From a virus (lineage: Duplodnaviria; Caudoviricetes), in the IMG/VR virus record IMGVR_UViG_3300031578_000150, positions 1-38,407 of that record: a stretch of 38,407 nt of DNA. One strand, given 5' to 3'. Positions 16,368 to 25,022 of the stretch are shown here, piece after piece. A program made the position numbers and the translations under genes. The notes under the pieces are model-generated. The model had not been told where the DNA came from. It searched no databases and saw only the letters and a list, made by a program, of their open reading frames with translations. Numbering within the stretch: position 1 is the first letter of the stretch; every line of letters starts with the position of its first letter.

Positions 16368-19300
16368 TTCAGTTCTACGCAGAGTTGGAAATCAAAGGCC
16401 GGACCGAGCCGACGGTGCTCTGGATGTTCGAGGGGGAGGAAATCCGAGCCCTCACCTATCCGGTGCTGGCGTCCCGGCCCATCTGGAAGTCCATCTGCGA
16501 AAGTTTGGACGCCCAGGGCACCTCGCACGCCCGGTTCACGAAGGCGCTCTTCTCATCGCTCAGGGATGAACTGCGAAGCAAGGCGTTCAAGGCGGTCACG
16601 GCAGAAGAGGGCGAGCGGTGGATTACCGTTCACCCGGGCGGCGACCCCAGCGCCACAGGCGTCCACGTCCTGATAAAGCAGCGCAAGGACGGGTCATACT
16701 CGGTCATCGGCGGTGCCGGAGGCAAGCTCAACCACCTCCGGTTGACCTCGATTAAGTCGCCGGAGGAGTACCGGGAGACGGCGAAGACCAAGGCCAAGCA
16801 ACAGGCCGAGGAACGGAAAAAGAAGCTCGCGGAGATGACCCCGGCGGAGCGCGAAGCCTTCGACATTCGCATGGGTGAGCACGTCCAGCATATCCAAACA
16901 GCCGAGAAAAACCTGCGGGAGAAGGCCAAGGAGGTCTTCGAGCGGAGCGGTCTGGAAGCGCCGGAGGCGGAAAAAATCTCAATCTCTGCGGCCCTTCAGA
17001 ATCAATGGAAAAAGGAAGCTAAGGAGAAGGGCATCAAAGGCGAGCGTGATGTTGAGGCGTATGCCAATCAAAAGGAAAATGAGAAGGTCAAGGACATCCG
17101 AAAAGAGGCGCGGAAGGACCGGGAACTGGCAGTAGAGGCCGCCCGCGACGTGCTTGCCGAGAAGATGGGAACGGACAGGGCGGCGGACATCTTCGGGGAC
17201 ACAAAAAACCTCCAGGACCGGATTGCCGCCGCCTTGAGCCCCGAGGACGAGGAGAAGCGTCAGGCGCTCCGGGACACCTTCGATAAAGACCCGGAACTGG
17301 CCGAGGAGTTATACAGGCTTGAGCTTGAGCGCCGGAGGCTGAAGTCCGCGAAGACCCGCGAGGAGAAGTCAGCCGAGAACGTCATGGAGGGGACCAGCAT
17401 CGGGGCCTGGGACGTGCCGGCAACCGAACTCACCCGTGAGCAGGTTCAGCAGCTCGCCTTGGAGGAAGCGGAGGAGGAAGCCAGTGTAAACGTCAACCGC
17501 GCCCTGATTGCAGAATCCGAGGGCGAGGGCGCGCTTCACACCCGTTCCCAACGCAAGCTGGCGTCCTACATGATGAATGGTGCCTCCGAGGGTGTCCATG
17601 CCATCACCGCGAAGTACGCGGGCGGCCAGATACTTGACGAGGATTCCATCCGGGCTCTCGGGCTCCAGAACTCCGCGCTATTCGCAGCTCATTACCTGGA
17701 ACGCGAGGGACGCTCTGAGACGGCCCAGGAGGGCCTAACGGAGTTTGCAATGGGTGAGGCCAAGGTGAGGGCGAAAAAGGCGCTCTCGAAGGCACAGGAG
17801 TACGCCAGAATTGCCGCAGATTTCAGGCGGCAGTCCAAGGGTCCGACCGCGATGACGGAGGCTCGTCGGGGGTCGGGTTACGCTGCCGGGCAGATAAACA
17901 AGGGCATCCGTATCTTGGGCAACGCCTTGGGGAGTCTGGAGGCGATGGCGAGCGTCAACTGGGCGCTCACGAACAAGAAAATCCCGGAGAGCGTTGTAAT
18001 CCAGTATGCCAGCCGTGAAAACCTGAAACGGAAGCTGCGGATGCTCGGGCTCAAGCCGGATGACGTGCTCATAAAAGACCCGACCACCGTTTCGGGCGAG
18101 TTCGAGATTCCGCGCGCACAGTGGGACAAGGTTTACCGCTACCGTTCACAGAGTGCTCTTGACCCTGAAGTCCAGGCCATCAAGAAGGGCGAGCGGAACG
18201 TCGAGGGGTGGAGGCCGGCCGGGATAAAGGACTTCATCAAGGACGACAACGGCAATCTTCGCAAGGTCGAACTCTTCCCGGAGCAGCAGTCCGGCATCCG
18301 GTTCGCCCTGAAACAGAAGCGGGCCTTCCTAAACTTTGAGGCCGGCCTTGGCAAAACACTGACGGCGCTGGGGACAATCGCCGAGGGAATCAGCACGAAG
18401 AAGTTTGAGCGCGCCTTGGTCGTCATGCCAGCATCCGTCCAGGCGCAGTTTGCGGACGAGGTGCGGAAGTTCAGTGACCTCAATGTCTCCTACGTGGGCG
18501 AGAAGGGTTCGGCCAAGGGATTCGACTGGGGCGATAAAAACAACCAAATCGTCATCACCTCACGGGACAAGCTCGCGCCCTACAAGGATAAGATTGACGC
18601 CGCAGGGTTCAAATGCGTCGTCCTGGACGAAGCCCACTTGGTCAAGCAGCGTATCGGCGCCGAAAAGTCGGCCATGAGTGATGCGTATGCCGACTTGGCC
18701 GCGAAACCGGAGTACCTGCTGGAAATGACCGGTACGCCGGTTCCGAACGACCTGAGCGAACTGTGGTATCACCTCAACATCCTTGACCCGGCCAAGTTCC
18801 CGGACAAAAGTGAGTTCATGTCGCAGTTCGGCAGGACGCCGACCTCGGGCTCCATCATGCGAGAGGAGAGCGCCGCCGCCTTGCGGGCCTACATTGACGA
18901 CCGGGTTTACACCGAGAAGATGGGGCCGGAGAAACTGGAAGGCTATCAGAAACTGGAAAAGGAAGTCGAGGTCGAGCCGACCGACGAGCAGAAGGCACTT
19001 TACAGGAAGTCCGAGGACATCTACGCCCCGGGCATGTCCACGAGAAAGAAGGCAGGCTGGGCTTTCGCCCGGGATGCCGCGAACAGTGCGGCACTTTATA
19101 AGGCACCGGCCAAGGAAAATGCCGTAACGCAGGCCCTCGGCGACCAGTGGGAAGCCCACATCAAAGAGCGGGAGGCCAAGGGCCAGAACCCGAAAATCAT
19201 CATTTTCACCGACCACTACGACACCATGAAGCCCATCATGGACATGCTGAAGGAGCGGTTTGGTTATGGCAAGGCCAACATCTTGACGAATAAAAGGGGC

Positions 19301-19597
19301 CAGACGCCGAAGGCCACGCGCACGCTCGCGCAGAAGTTCAACAAGGACAAAAGCGCCAGGGTGCTCATCGCCACCTCGATGATGGGAACGGGGCTCAACA
19401 TGCAGGGGGCCACGGCGGTTTGCTTCTACCACGAGAGCCAGACGGCATCCGACGAGATTCAGAAGTGGCACCGCGCCTACCGGAAAAACGTCAAGCATGA
19501 TGTGGACGTAATTAGACTCCACGCCAAGGCGCCATCGGCCGTGATGGCTCGACAGCGCCTTGAGACGAAACAGGCCACGCACGAGATGGTTGGGTAA
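16364..19597 (+). CDS. Large SWI2/SNF2-family helicase-like protein (polyvalent/DarB-like virion protein candidate)
   Basis: Motif I FEAGLGKT, Ia VVMPAS, II VLDEAH, III MTGTPVPN, IV IIIFT, V GTGLNMQ, divergent VI QKWHRAYR; ~600-aa helical N-terminal region. Confidence 0.9.
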   Translation: MIQFYAELEIKGRTEPTVLWMFEGEEIRALTYPVLASRPIWKSICESLDAQGTSHARFTKALFSSLRDELRSKAFKAVTAEEGERWITVHPGGDPSATGVHVLIKQRKDGSYSVIGGAGGKLNHLRLTSIKSPEEYRETAKTKAKQQAEERKKKLAEMTPAEREAFDIRMGEHVQHIQTAEKNLREKAKEVFERSGLEAPEAEKISISAALQNQWKKEAKEKGIKGERDVEAYANQKENEKVKDIRKEARKDRELAVEAARDVLAEKMGTDRAADIFGDTKNLQDRIAAALSPEDEEKRQALRDTFDKDPELAEELYRLELERRRLKSAKTREEKSAENVMEGTSIGAWDVPATELTREQVQQLALEEAEEEASVNVNRALIAESEGEGALHTRSQRKLASYMMNGASEGVHAITAKYAGGQILDEDSIRALGLQNSALFAAHYLEREGRSETAQEGLTEFAMGEAKVRAKKALSKAQEYARIAADFRRQSKGPTAMTEARRGSGYAAGQINKGIRILGNALGSLEAMASVNWALTNKKIPESVVIQYASRENLKRKLRMLGLKPDDVLIKDPTTVSGEFEIPRAQWDKVYRYRSQSALDPEVQAIKKGERNVEGWRPAGIKDFIKDDNGNLRKVELFPEQQSGIRFALKQKRAFLNFEAGLGKTLTALGTIAEGISTKKFERALVVMPASVQAQFADEVRKFSDLNVSYVGEKGSAKGFDWGDKNNQIVITSRDKLAPYKDKIDAAGFKCVVLDEAHLVKQRIGAEKSAMSDAYADLAAKPEYLLEMTGTPVPNDLSELWYHLNILDPAKFPDKSEFMSQFGRTPTSGSIMREESAAALRAYIDDRVYTEKMGPEKLEGYQKLEKEVEVEPTDEQKALYRKSEDIYAPGMSTRKKAGWAFARDAANSAALYKAPAKENAVTQALGDQWEAHIKEREAKGQNPKIIIFTDHYDTMKPIMDMLKERFGYGKANILTNKRGQTPKATRTLAQKFNKDKSARVLIATSMMGTGLNMQGATAVCFYHESQTASDEIQKWHRAYRKNVKHDVDVIRLHAKAPSAVMARQRLETKQATHEMVG

Positions 19598-19600
19598 CGC

Positions 19601-21601
19601 ATGACGCGCGTTAGAACCTACAGGCGCAGAACGAAGAAGGGCGGAACGGCCATCGTGCGTGAGCACGAGCGCAAGGACGACCTTCACGCGAAGCTGGGCG
19701 AAGAGGCCGAGGAGAACCCGAGCCAGCTTCTTTTGACCGAGGCGCCGAAGCCCAAGAGACGGCGTGGGGTCAGTCGCAGACGGCGCCCAACGGAAGCCAA
19801 GGCCCAGGTCAAGGCACAACGGAAGCCCGCCCATGTTCGCCGGACCAGAAAAGTTGCCCCGCCGGTTGAGGCACCCGCGCCGGTAGTTAAAGTTTCGCGC
19901 GGCCGGGACATCTTCGGGAACACGCCGAACCCATACGCTTATGCCGATGCGATGAAGGCATATTACTGGGTGATGGGGCAGGACGAAGCCAGAGATAATT
20001 TCGATATTCTAAAGGAAAAAGGCTCGGACCTTGAATTGAAGGGCAATTCATTTCAAGAAGTTCTGAATAATCTCTCGAATTGGTTTAAGCAAATAGCGGC
20101 AAAAGGCGGTAAGTACGGTGCCTTTGCTGCCAATCTCACAACACAAGAATCCAAGAACCTTTTCGTTTACAAGACGCTGCTAGGTGAGAGGCTTGTTAAT
20201 ACGTTACGTGAATACCAGGGGCAGGGTAAGTTTGTGCTTAAATACGTTCAGGAGGGATTTGCCCAAGGACTAAAGGATGAAAAGTGGAAAAAGAAGAATG
20301 TTAAGAGAATTAACGCCGCCACAAAACGCTTGCAGCGCCGAGTTACAGTCAAAGGCAATTTGACCCAGCGCGCATTAAATAAAATAATTCATTCTGGTAC
20401 GTTCAAGGCTTGGTTCGGCGATTGGGAATCGGCGACTCGAAGCGCATCTCATGTCGTTGACGAAATGAGGAAACCCAAGGAGCAGAGGGAGATTGTCGTG
20501 CCATCTGTGGTTTATCATGGGACACCACAGAAGAAAGGCTTTACTTGGTTCGACCCGGAGAAGGGCAAGTCAGGTAACTTTTTTGGGCCAGGACTCTATT
20601 TTACGTCCGACTTTGAAGTCGCTAAAGGTTACGCGGAGAATTACTTAAAAATAAAGCACTCATCTGGAACACCTAAACCGAGAATAAAATCTTTGCGTGA
20701 CGCAGAAAAGATAAAAGAAATAGCAGCAGAACTAAAAAGGCGAGGTGAAGGCGCGCTTGCGAAAGGTAGAATAGAAAAAAAGGATTTGGATTGGCTTCAG
20801 CTTAGGATAAATGATTTCACCAACGATGCCAAAAAAGACCGTTGGATGGATGAGTTTGGCAATACAAACAGGATATATGCGTTAGCGAGCCAAAAGGTAA
20901 GGGATGCAATAGACATGGAAAACTATTTTATTGCAGAGGGGCAAAAACCATATTTAGGCGCTATTTATACTGTGTTTCTTAACATTCGCAATCCCTATAA
21001 TCTTGACGAAGTTGTGGATGACAAGGAAATTGATGAAATCTTAAAAACTGGCTTGGAGACTGGAAAGGATTACAATGAGTTTTATCTGAAGCACCTCTGG
21101 GATAATGTTACGTCTAAGGGCCTAAAAGAGTTTGAAAAATGGATGATTAGTTCTGGCCGCCGCGATAAAATGATGAATAAATATGGCGTAAGTGAGGGCC
21201 GCGGTGGACTCTCTGATGTGGAAACGGTTCGCAAGGTATGGGAGATATTAAATAAATACTACGAAGGCACCTGGAACCCGGCGGCGGGGAAACATGAGAA
21301 AACTCCATTAAAGCAATTCAAGCCCGGCGGTAAAAGCGGTGTCCTGACCCGCCAGATGCTTTTCCGAATGCTGTCCGACTGGGGAAGCAGCGACCGTGGA
21401 GCAAATCTCTATACGAACTACATCAAGTCGAAAGGCTACGACGGCATCACGCACACCGGCGGTTGGAACATCGGCACGAAGGACCACAAAGTTTGGATAG
21501 CCTTCGAGCCCGAGCAGGTGAAGTCAACCTTGAACGAGGGCACTTTCAACCCGGATGACCCGGATATGTTTAAGGGCGTAAGCCATGCCAGAAGGACTTA
21601 A
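19601..21601 (+). CDS. ADP-ribosyltransferase-like protein (polyvalent-protein ART type) with N-terminal basic tag (cargo 6)
   Basis: FKAWFGDW, VVYHGT, FGPGLYFT, VFLNIRNP, GYDGI, AFEPEQVKS..N.GTF; starts MTRVRTYRRRTKKGGTAIVREHERK. Confidence 0.8.
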   Translation: MTRVRTYRRRTKKGGTAIVREHERKDDLHAKLGEEAEENPSQLLLTEAPKPKRRRGVSRRRRPTEAKAQVKAQRKPAHVRRTRKVAPPVEAPAPVVKVSRGRDIFGNTPNPYAYADAMKAYYWVMGQDEARDNFDILKEKGSDLELKGNSFQEVLNNLSNWFKQIAAKGGKYGAFAANLTTQESKNLFVYKTLLGERLVNTLREYQGQGKFVLKYVQEGFAQGLKDEKWKKKNVKRINAATKRLQRRVTVKGNLTQRALNKIIHSGTFKAWFGDWESATRSASHVVDEMRKPKEQREIVVPSVVYHGTPQKKGFTWFDPEKGKSGNFFGPGLYFTSDFEVAKGYAENYLKIKHSSGTPKPRIKSLRDAEKIKEIAAELKRRGEGALAKGRIEKKDLDWLQLRINDFTNDAKKDRWMDEFGNTNRIYALASQKVRDAIDMENYFIAEGQKPYLGAIYTVFLNIRNPYNLDEVVDDKEIDEILKTGLETGKDYNEFYLKHLWDNVTSKGLKEFEKWMISSGRRDKMMNKYGVSEGRGGLSDVETVRKVWEILNKYYEGTWNPAAGKHEKTPLKQFKPGGKSGVLTRQMLFRMLSDWGSSDRGANLYTNYIKSKGYDGITHTGGWNIGTKDHKVWIAFEPEQVKSTLNEGTFNPDDPDMFKGVSHARRT

Positions 21602-22148
21602 AGAGGCCAAGGCCGAAGACAGACCGGACTTCCCGGCCAAGCTCCGCGACATCCCCGAGGGCCGCGCGCTCGAAGCCGAGTACGCGAAGCTGATGGCGAT
21701 GGGGAAGGAACTCATGCCGGACCTCCAGCGCGAGTACGACGAGCTTGAGGGCGAGATGGAGAAGACCTACGACCTCGCCGATGCCGCCGTGAAAAGGCTC
21801 GCCCAGGGGTTCCAGAAGTTCTACCCCGAGGACCTGGACGGTTTGGACATCCCGTTCGCCGCCTCCATCATCGCCCGGGCGCGCACGAAGCGCAAGAAGT
21901 ACGAGCGGGGCCAGGGTGAAGAGGCCAAGGAGAAGTTCCCGCCCGAGCTGGAAACCCTCGAAGTCAAGGCCCTCAAACTTTGCCGTGATTACCTGAAGGC
22001 TCACGACCTGGCCGGCCGCACGTACAAGGAAATGATGGAACTGAAGCACAACATCAACCCGAATGAGCGGGAGCGGCAGCACATGGAGCGCAGCCGGCGC
22101 CGGATTCGGGGAAAGAAGGAGGCCCAAAGTGGCGAAGGTAAGGCGTAA
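21585..22148 (+). CDS. Hypothetical helical protein (untagged)
   Basis: 187-aa ORF with high-GC3 codon usage, overlapping both neighbours. Confidence 0.75.
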   Translation: MPEGLKEAKAEDRPDFPAKLRDIPEGRALEAEYAKLMAMGKELMPDLQREYDELEGEMEKTYDLADAAVKRLAQGFQKFYPEDLDGLDIPFAASIIARARTKRKKYERGQGEEAKEKFPPELETLEVKALKLCRDYLKAHDLAGRTYKEMMELKHNINPNERERQHMERSRRRIRGKKEAQSGEGKA

Positions 22149-22482
22149 AGCCCATGTCCGCCGGACCAAGGGTGGTAAGGTCGAGAACGTCCGCGAACAT
22201 CAGATGGAGACGCGGCGGTCAAAAACACGGTCGGTAATAGGGGCCGGAATAAGGCACTTGACGACCAAGATACCCTGCGCCGTCTTTAATACGTCAGAGG
22301 AGGCAAGGGCTTACCTAAAAAAAGAAAGCCGAGATGATGGGCTTGAAATAAGGACGCTGCGAACCATCAACGGTGAAAGCCAAATTGAACCAGGTGAGGG
22401 GTTTGCAAGAAGTGACAAGGAAACAGTTCAGTTCGTGGTTATGGCTAAAAGCCCACAGGTGCTATTCGTAAAGGATGAATAG
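22129..22482 (+). CDS. Putative head-cargo protein 7 with N-terminal basic tag
   Basis: GTG at 22129 follows AAGGAGG; starts MAKVRRKAHVRRTKGGKVENVREHQME. Confidence 0.8.
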   Translation: MAKVRRKAHVRRTKGGKVENVREHQMETRRSKTRSVIGAGIRHLTTKIPCAVFNTSEEARAYLKKESRDDGLEIRTLRTINGESQIEPGEGFARSDKETVQFVVMAKSPQVLFVKDE

Positions 22483-22488
22483 GCAAAC

Positions 22489-23700
22489 ATGCCTAAAACC
22501 ACCCGCCACTCTCATGTCAGGCGAACCGCGCGCGGCCGGTCCGTCGCGGTACATCAGCATCTCCTCACGACGAAACGGCACAAGCCGGAGGAGAGGCCGA
22601 CGCCGCAGCTTGGTCTTCTCGAACGCGACCGGGTTCAGCCGCTCAAGGTCAACGACATCGCCCCGGACCCCGACCAGCCGCGCAAAACCTTTGACAAGGA
22701 AGGCATCGAAAGTTTGGCGGAGAGCATCGCCGCCGAAGGGCTCATCCATCCCATCGTGGTTCGGAGCGTCCCCGGTCAGCCGGGCAAGTACCAGATAATC
22801 GCCGGGGAGCGGCGCTGGCGGGCGCATAAATACCTTCAGGACAAGGGCAAGCAGGCCAAGGGCGTCGGCCCGGGCGAGGTGCAGGCCATCGTCCGGGACG
22901 ACCTCAACGAAGACGAGCGGGTGCGGCTGCAATTCATGGAGAACTACGGGCGCACGGAGATGGACGTAATCGAGACCGCCGCCGGCATGTTTCGGATGTA
23001 TTCCACCTTCAAGGGCACGGACGCGGAGAAAATCACCCAGCTCGCCGAGAGCTTGGGTTTTGACCCGGCGAGGAAGCGGTCGGCCCTGGAAAACTACATT
23101 GCCCTCCACACCAAGCTCGACCCGGAGATAAGAGAGCACGCGCGCAAGCTGCTCCATTCCGAAGACCCGGGCACGCGGGAGGTCATCGGCCGGGGCTTGG
23201 ACGCTAAACTTTACGTCATCTCCCGGCTGGACCCGCCAGAGCAAAAGGCACTCTGGAAGATGATACAGACGCGGCAGATGACGATTGGGGAGGTCAAGGC
23301 CCAGGCGGCGCGTTTCAAAGCGGCCCGCGAACAGGGCATGTTCGGGCTCGGCGAAGCCGGTGCCATGAACAAGGCCGAGATTGAGAGGGCCAAGGAGAAC
23401 AAGGGCGCGAACGCCGTCAAACATGAGCGGGATGCGATTGAGCGATTCGAGCGGGAGATGGCCCATTTCTTCGGCGAAGTCATGGACGAAGACGGCGTTG
23501 CGATTCTGCCCGAGGTGACGCGCGGGAAGTGCCGGCCTTTCATTGAACTGATGGATGCGATGCAAAAAGAGGCCCGGCGGGTTTCAACGCTTGCCCGTGT
23601 GACATGCGGCGGAAGCGTAGAAAAGGGAATCCGAAGCCACAGGAGACGCACCCGGAACGGCCGCAGCCTTGAGTTTCATCAAACGGTGAGGTTTCAATGA
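22489..23700 (+). CDS. ParB/Spo0J-like protein with basic tags at both termini (cargo 8)
   Basis: PDPDQPRKTFD..L.ESI...GLIHPIVVR and YQIIAGERRWRA (GxxRxxA), EN..R; N-terminal RHSHVRRTARGRSVAVHQH and C-terminal IRSHRRRTRNGRS. Confidence 0.9.
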   Translation: MPKTTRHSHVRRTARGRSVAVHQHLLTTKRHKPEERPTPQLGLLERDRVQPLKVNDIAPDPDQPRKTFDKEGIESLAESIAAEGLIHPIVVRSVPGQPGKYQIIAGERRWRAHKYLQDKGKQAKGVGPGEVQAIVRDDLNEDERVRLQFMENYGRTEMDVIETAAGMFRMYSTFKGTDAEKITQLAESLGFDPARKRSALENYIALHTKLDPEIREHARKLLHSEDPGTREVIGRGLDAKLYVISRLDPPEQKALWKMIQTRQMTIGEVKAQAARFKAAREQGMFGLGEAGAMNKAEIERAKENKGANAVKHERDAIERFEREMAHFFGEVMDEDGVAILPEVTRGKCRPFIELMDAMQKEARRVSTLARVTCGGSVEKGIRSHRRRTRNGRSLEFHQTVRFQ

Positions 23701-24971
23701 GAGTCAAGGGATACCGCCGGAAGACGAAAAGTGGCAAAACCGCCCAGGTCCGCGAGTTTGAGCGGCGGGGCATGGCCGCGCGCAAAAAGCAGGCCGCAGG
23801 GAAGCGGCCGGCCGGAGCCGAGGGCGGGGGCGGAGGTCAGCCCGACGCGGCCCATTACGTTAAGAAGGCCGCCGGAATGGTGATGAGCGCACTGATTCAT
23901 CAGGGCCTGAAGAAGACGGCGAATGGCTGGGCCGGGTTCGAGAAGATTGACTACCGGAAGGCCGCCAGAAAAATCAAGGCGAGGGCCAAGGGCATGACCC
24001 CGGATGACCCGCGCTTCCAAGCTGTCCAGCGTGTCCTGAAGGACCTCAAGGCACTGAATGACCGCTACGGTGACGGGCGCGGCCTGAAGGAACCGGCGCC
24101 GCCGCCGGTGCAGGCCCCTCCCCAGCAGGGGGGACAACCGGCCGGACAGGTGCCGCCCCAAACCGGCAACGCGGTTCCGCCGATACAGGCGACCAAGGCC
24201 GTTGAGGACGACGAACCGAACAAAGAGGAGGACGTAGGGGAAGAAGAAGAGCCGAGCCAGGAGGAGACCGACGAAGGGGAGCCCGGGAAGCCCCAGGTTG
24301 ACCCCGAGGAGTACGTGAAAGAGTTCCAGGACCATGTTGTCGCTGTCCAGCGGCGCAAGTACGAGAGCTTCGTGTCCCACAAGGCGGAGAAGTTCGGGGA
24401 TAATCTCATCGCGGAAGGCGTCAACGACTACATCATAGCCAAGGCAGACCTGGTATCCGCGCTCTTCTCGGAAGACCCGACGGTCGCCTACATGATACGG
24501 GCGGAATACGACAGGCATGGCGAAAACATCCTGCAACGTGTTCTGTCTCGAATCGGCGCGGTTCCCTACATGGTCGAGCCGATTGCCATGACAATCAAGG
24601 GTGCGAAAGGCCACATCAATGAGGAGGTCGAGGCCGGAGAAGCCAAGGCGCCCGTCGGTCGGCGATACATGTTTTGCCTTGGGTTCAAACCGGAATCGGA
24701 CCTACAGGCCAAGGCGCTCATGCGGGCTCTGGTGCAGGCGGCGAAGGTCGGAACCGGACGTGAGGTAGACGGACAGGCGGCGAAAAAGCCGTTCATCATC
24801 AGCAATGTAATTGATACGCTGCCAGGTGCCGTGAAGCTGAAGATATACGCCCACTCGGTCGGCGGGCAGATGGTGATGAGTGTAAACAAAGGTAAGGAAC
24901 AGGATTGGGACCGCGAGGACGCCGCCCTTGTTTATACCGGTGGCCCACTTTCGGTTGAGAAATCCAATTAA
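23697..24971 (+). CDS. Putative head-cargo protein 9 with N-terminal basic tag, Pro/Gln and acidic linker
   Basis: Starts MRVKGYRRKTKSGKTAQVREFERR; ATGA overlap with the upstream gene. Confidence 0.8.
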   Translation: MRVKGYRRKTKSGKTAQVREFERRGMAARKKQAAGKRPAGAEGGGGGQPDAAHYVKKAAGMVMSALIHQGLKKTANGWAGFEKIDYRKAARKIKARAKGMTPDDPRFQAVQRVLKDLKALNDRYGDGRGLKEPAPPPVQAPPQQGGQPAGQVPPQTGNAVPPIQATKAVEDDEPNKEEDVGEEEEPSQEETDEGEPGKPQVDPEEYVKEFQDHVVAVQRRKYESFVSHKAEKFGDNLIAEGVNDYIIAKADLVSALFSEDPTVAYMIRAEYDRHGENILQRVLSRIGAVPYMVEPIAMTIKGAKGHINEEVEAGEAKAPVGRRYMFCLGFKPESDLQAKALMRALVQAAKVGTGREVDGQAAKKPFIISNVIDTLPGAVKLKIYAHSVGGQMVMSVNKGKEQDWDREDAALVYTGGPLSVEKSN

Positions 24972-25000
24972 ATTGACAGATTTTCGATTTCCGTTAAACT
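24966..25000 (+). promoter_or_regulatory. Conserved 35-bp promoter, copy 2 (protease-scaffold-capsid operon)
   Basis: Identical to 9352-9386. Confidence 0.85.
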
Positions 25001-25022
25001 AAAAAACGTCTCGGGGGACCAA

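Noticed and set aside
22489-23700. ParABS plasmid-prophage partition system
   Set aside because: No ParA ATPase or palindromic parS was recognised in the window, and the gene context is the head operon.
12732-24971. Diversity-generating retroelement or recombinase-driven shufflon behind the tag repeats
   Set aside because: No reverse transcriptase or site-specific recombinase is in the window, there is no adenine-specific TR/VR pair, and all cassettes are in the same orientation.
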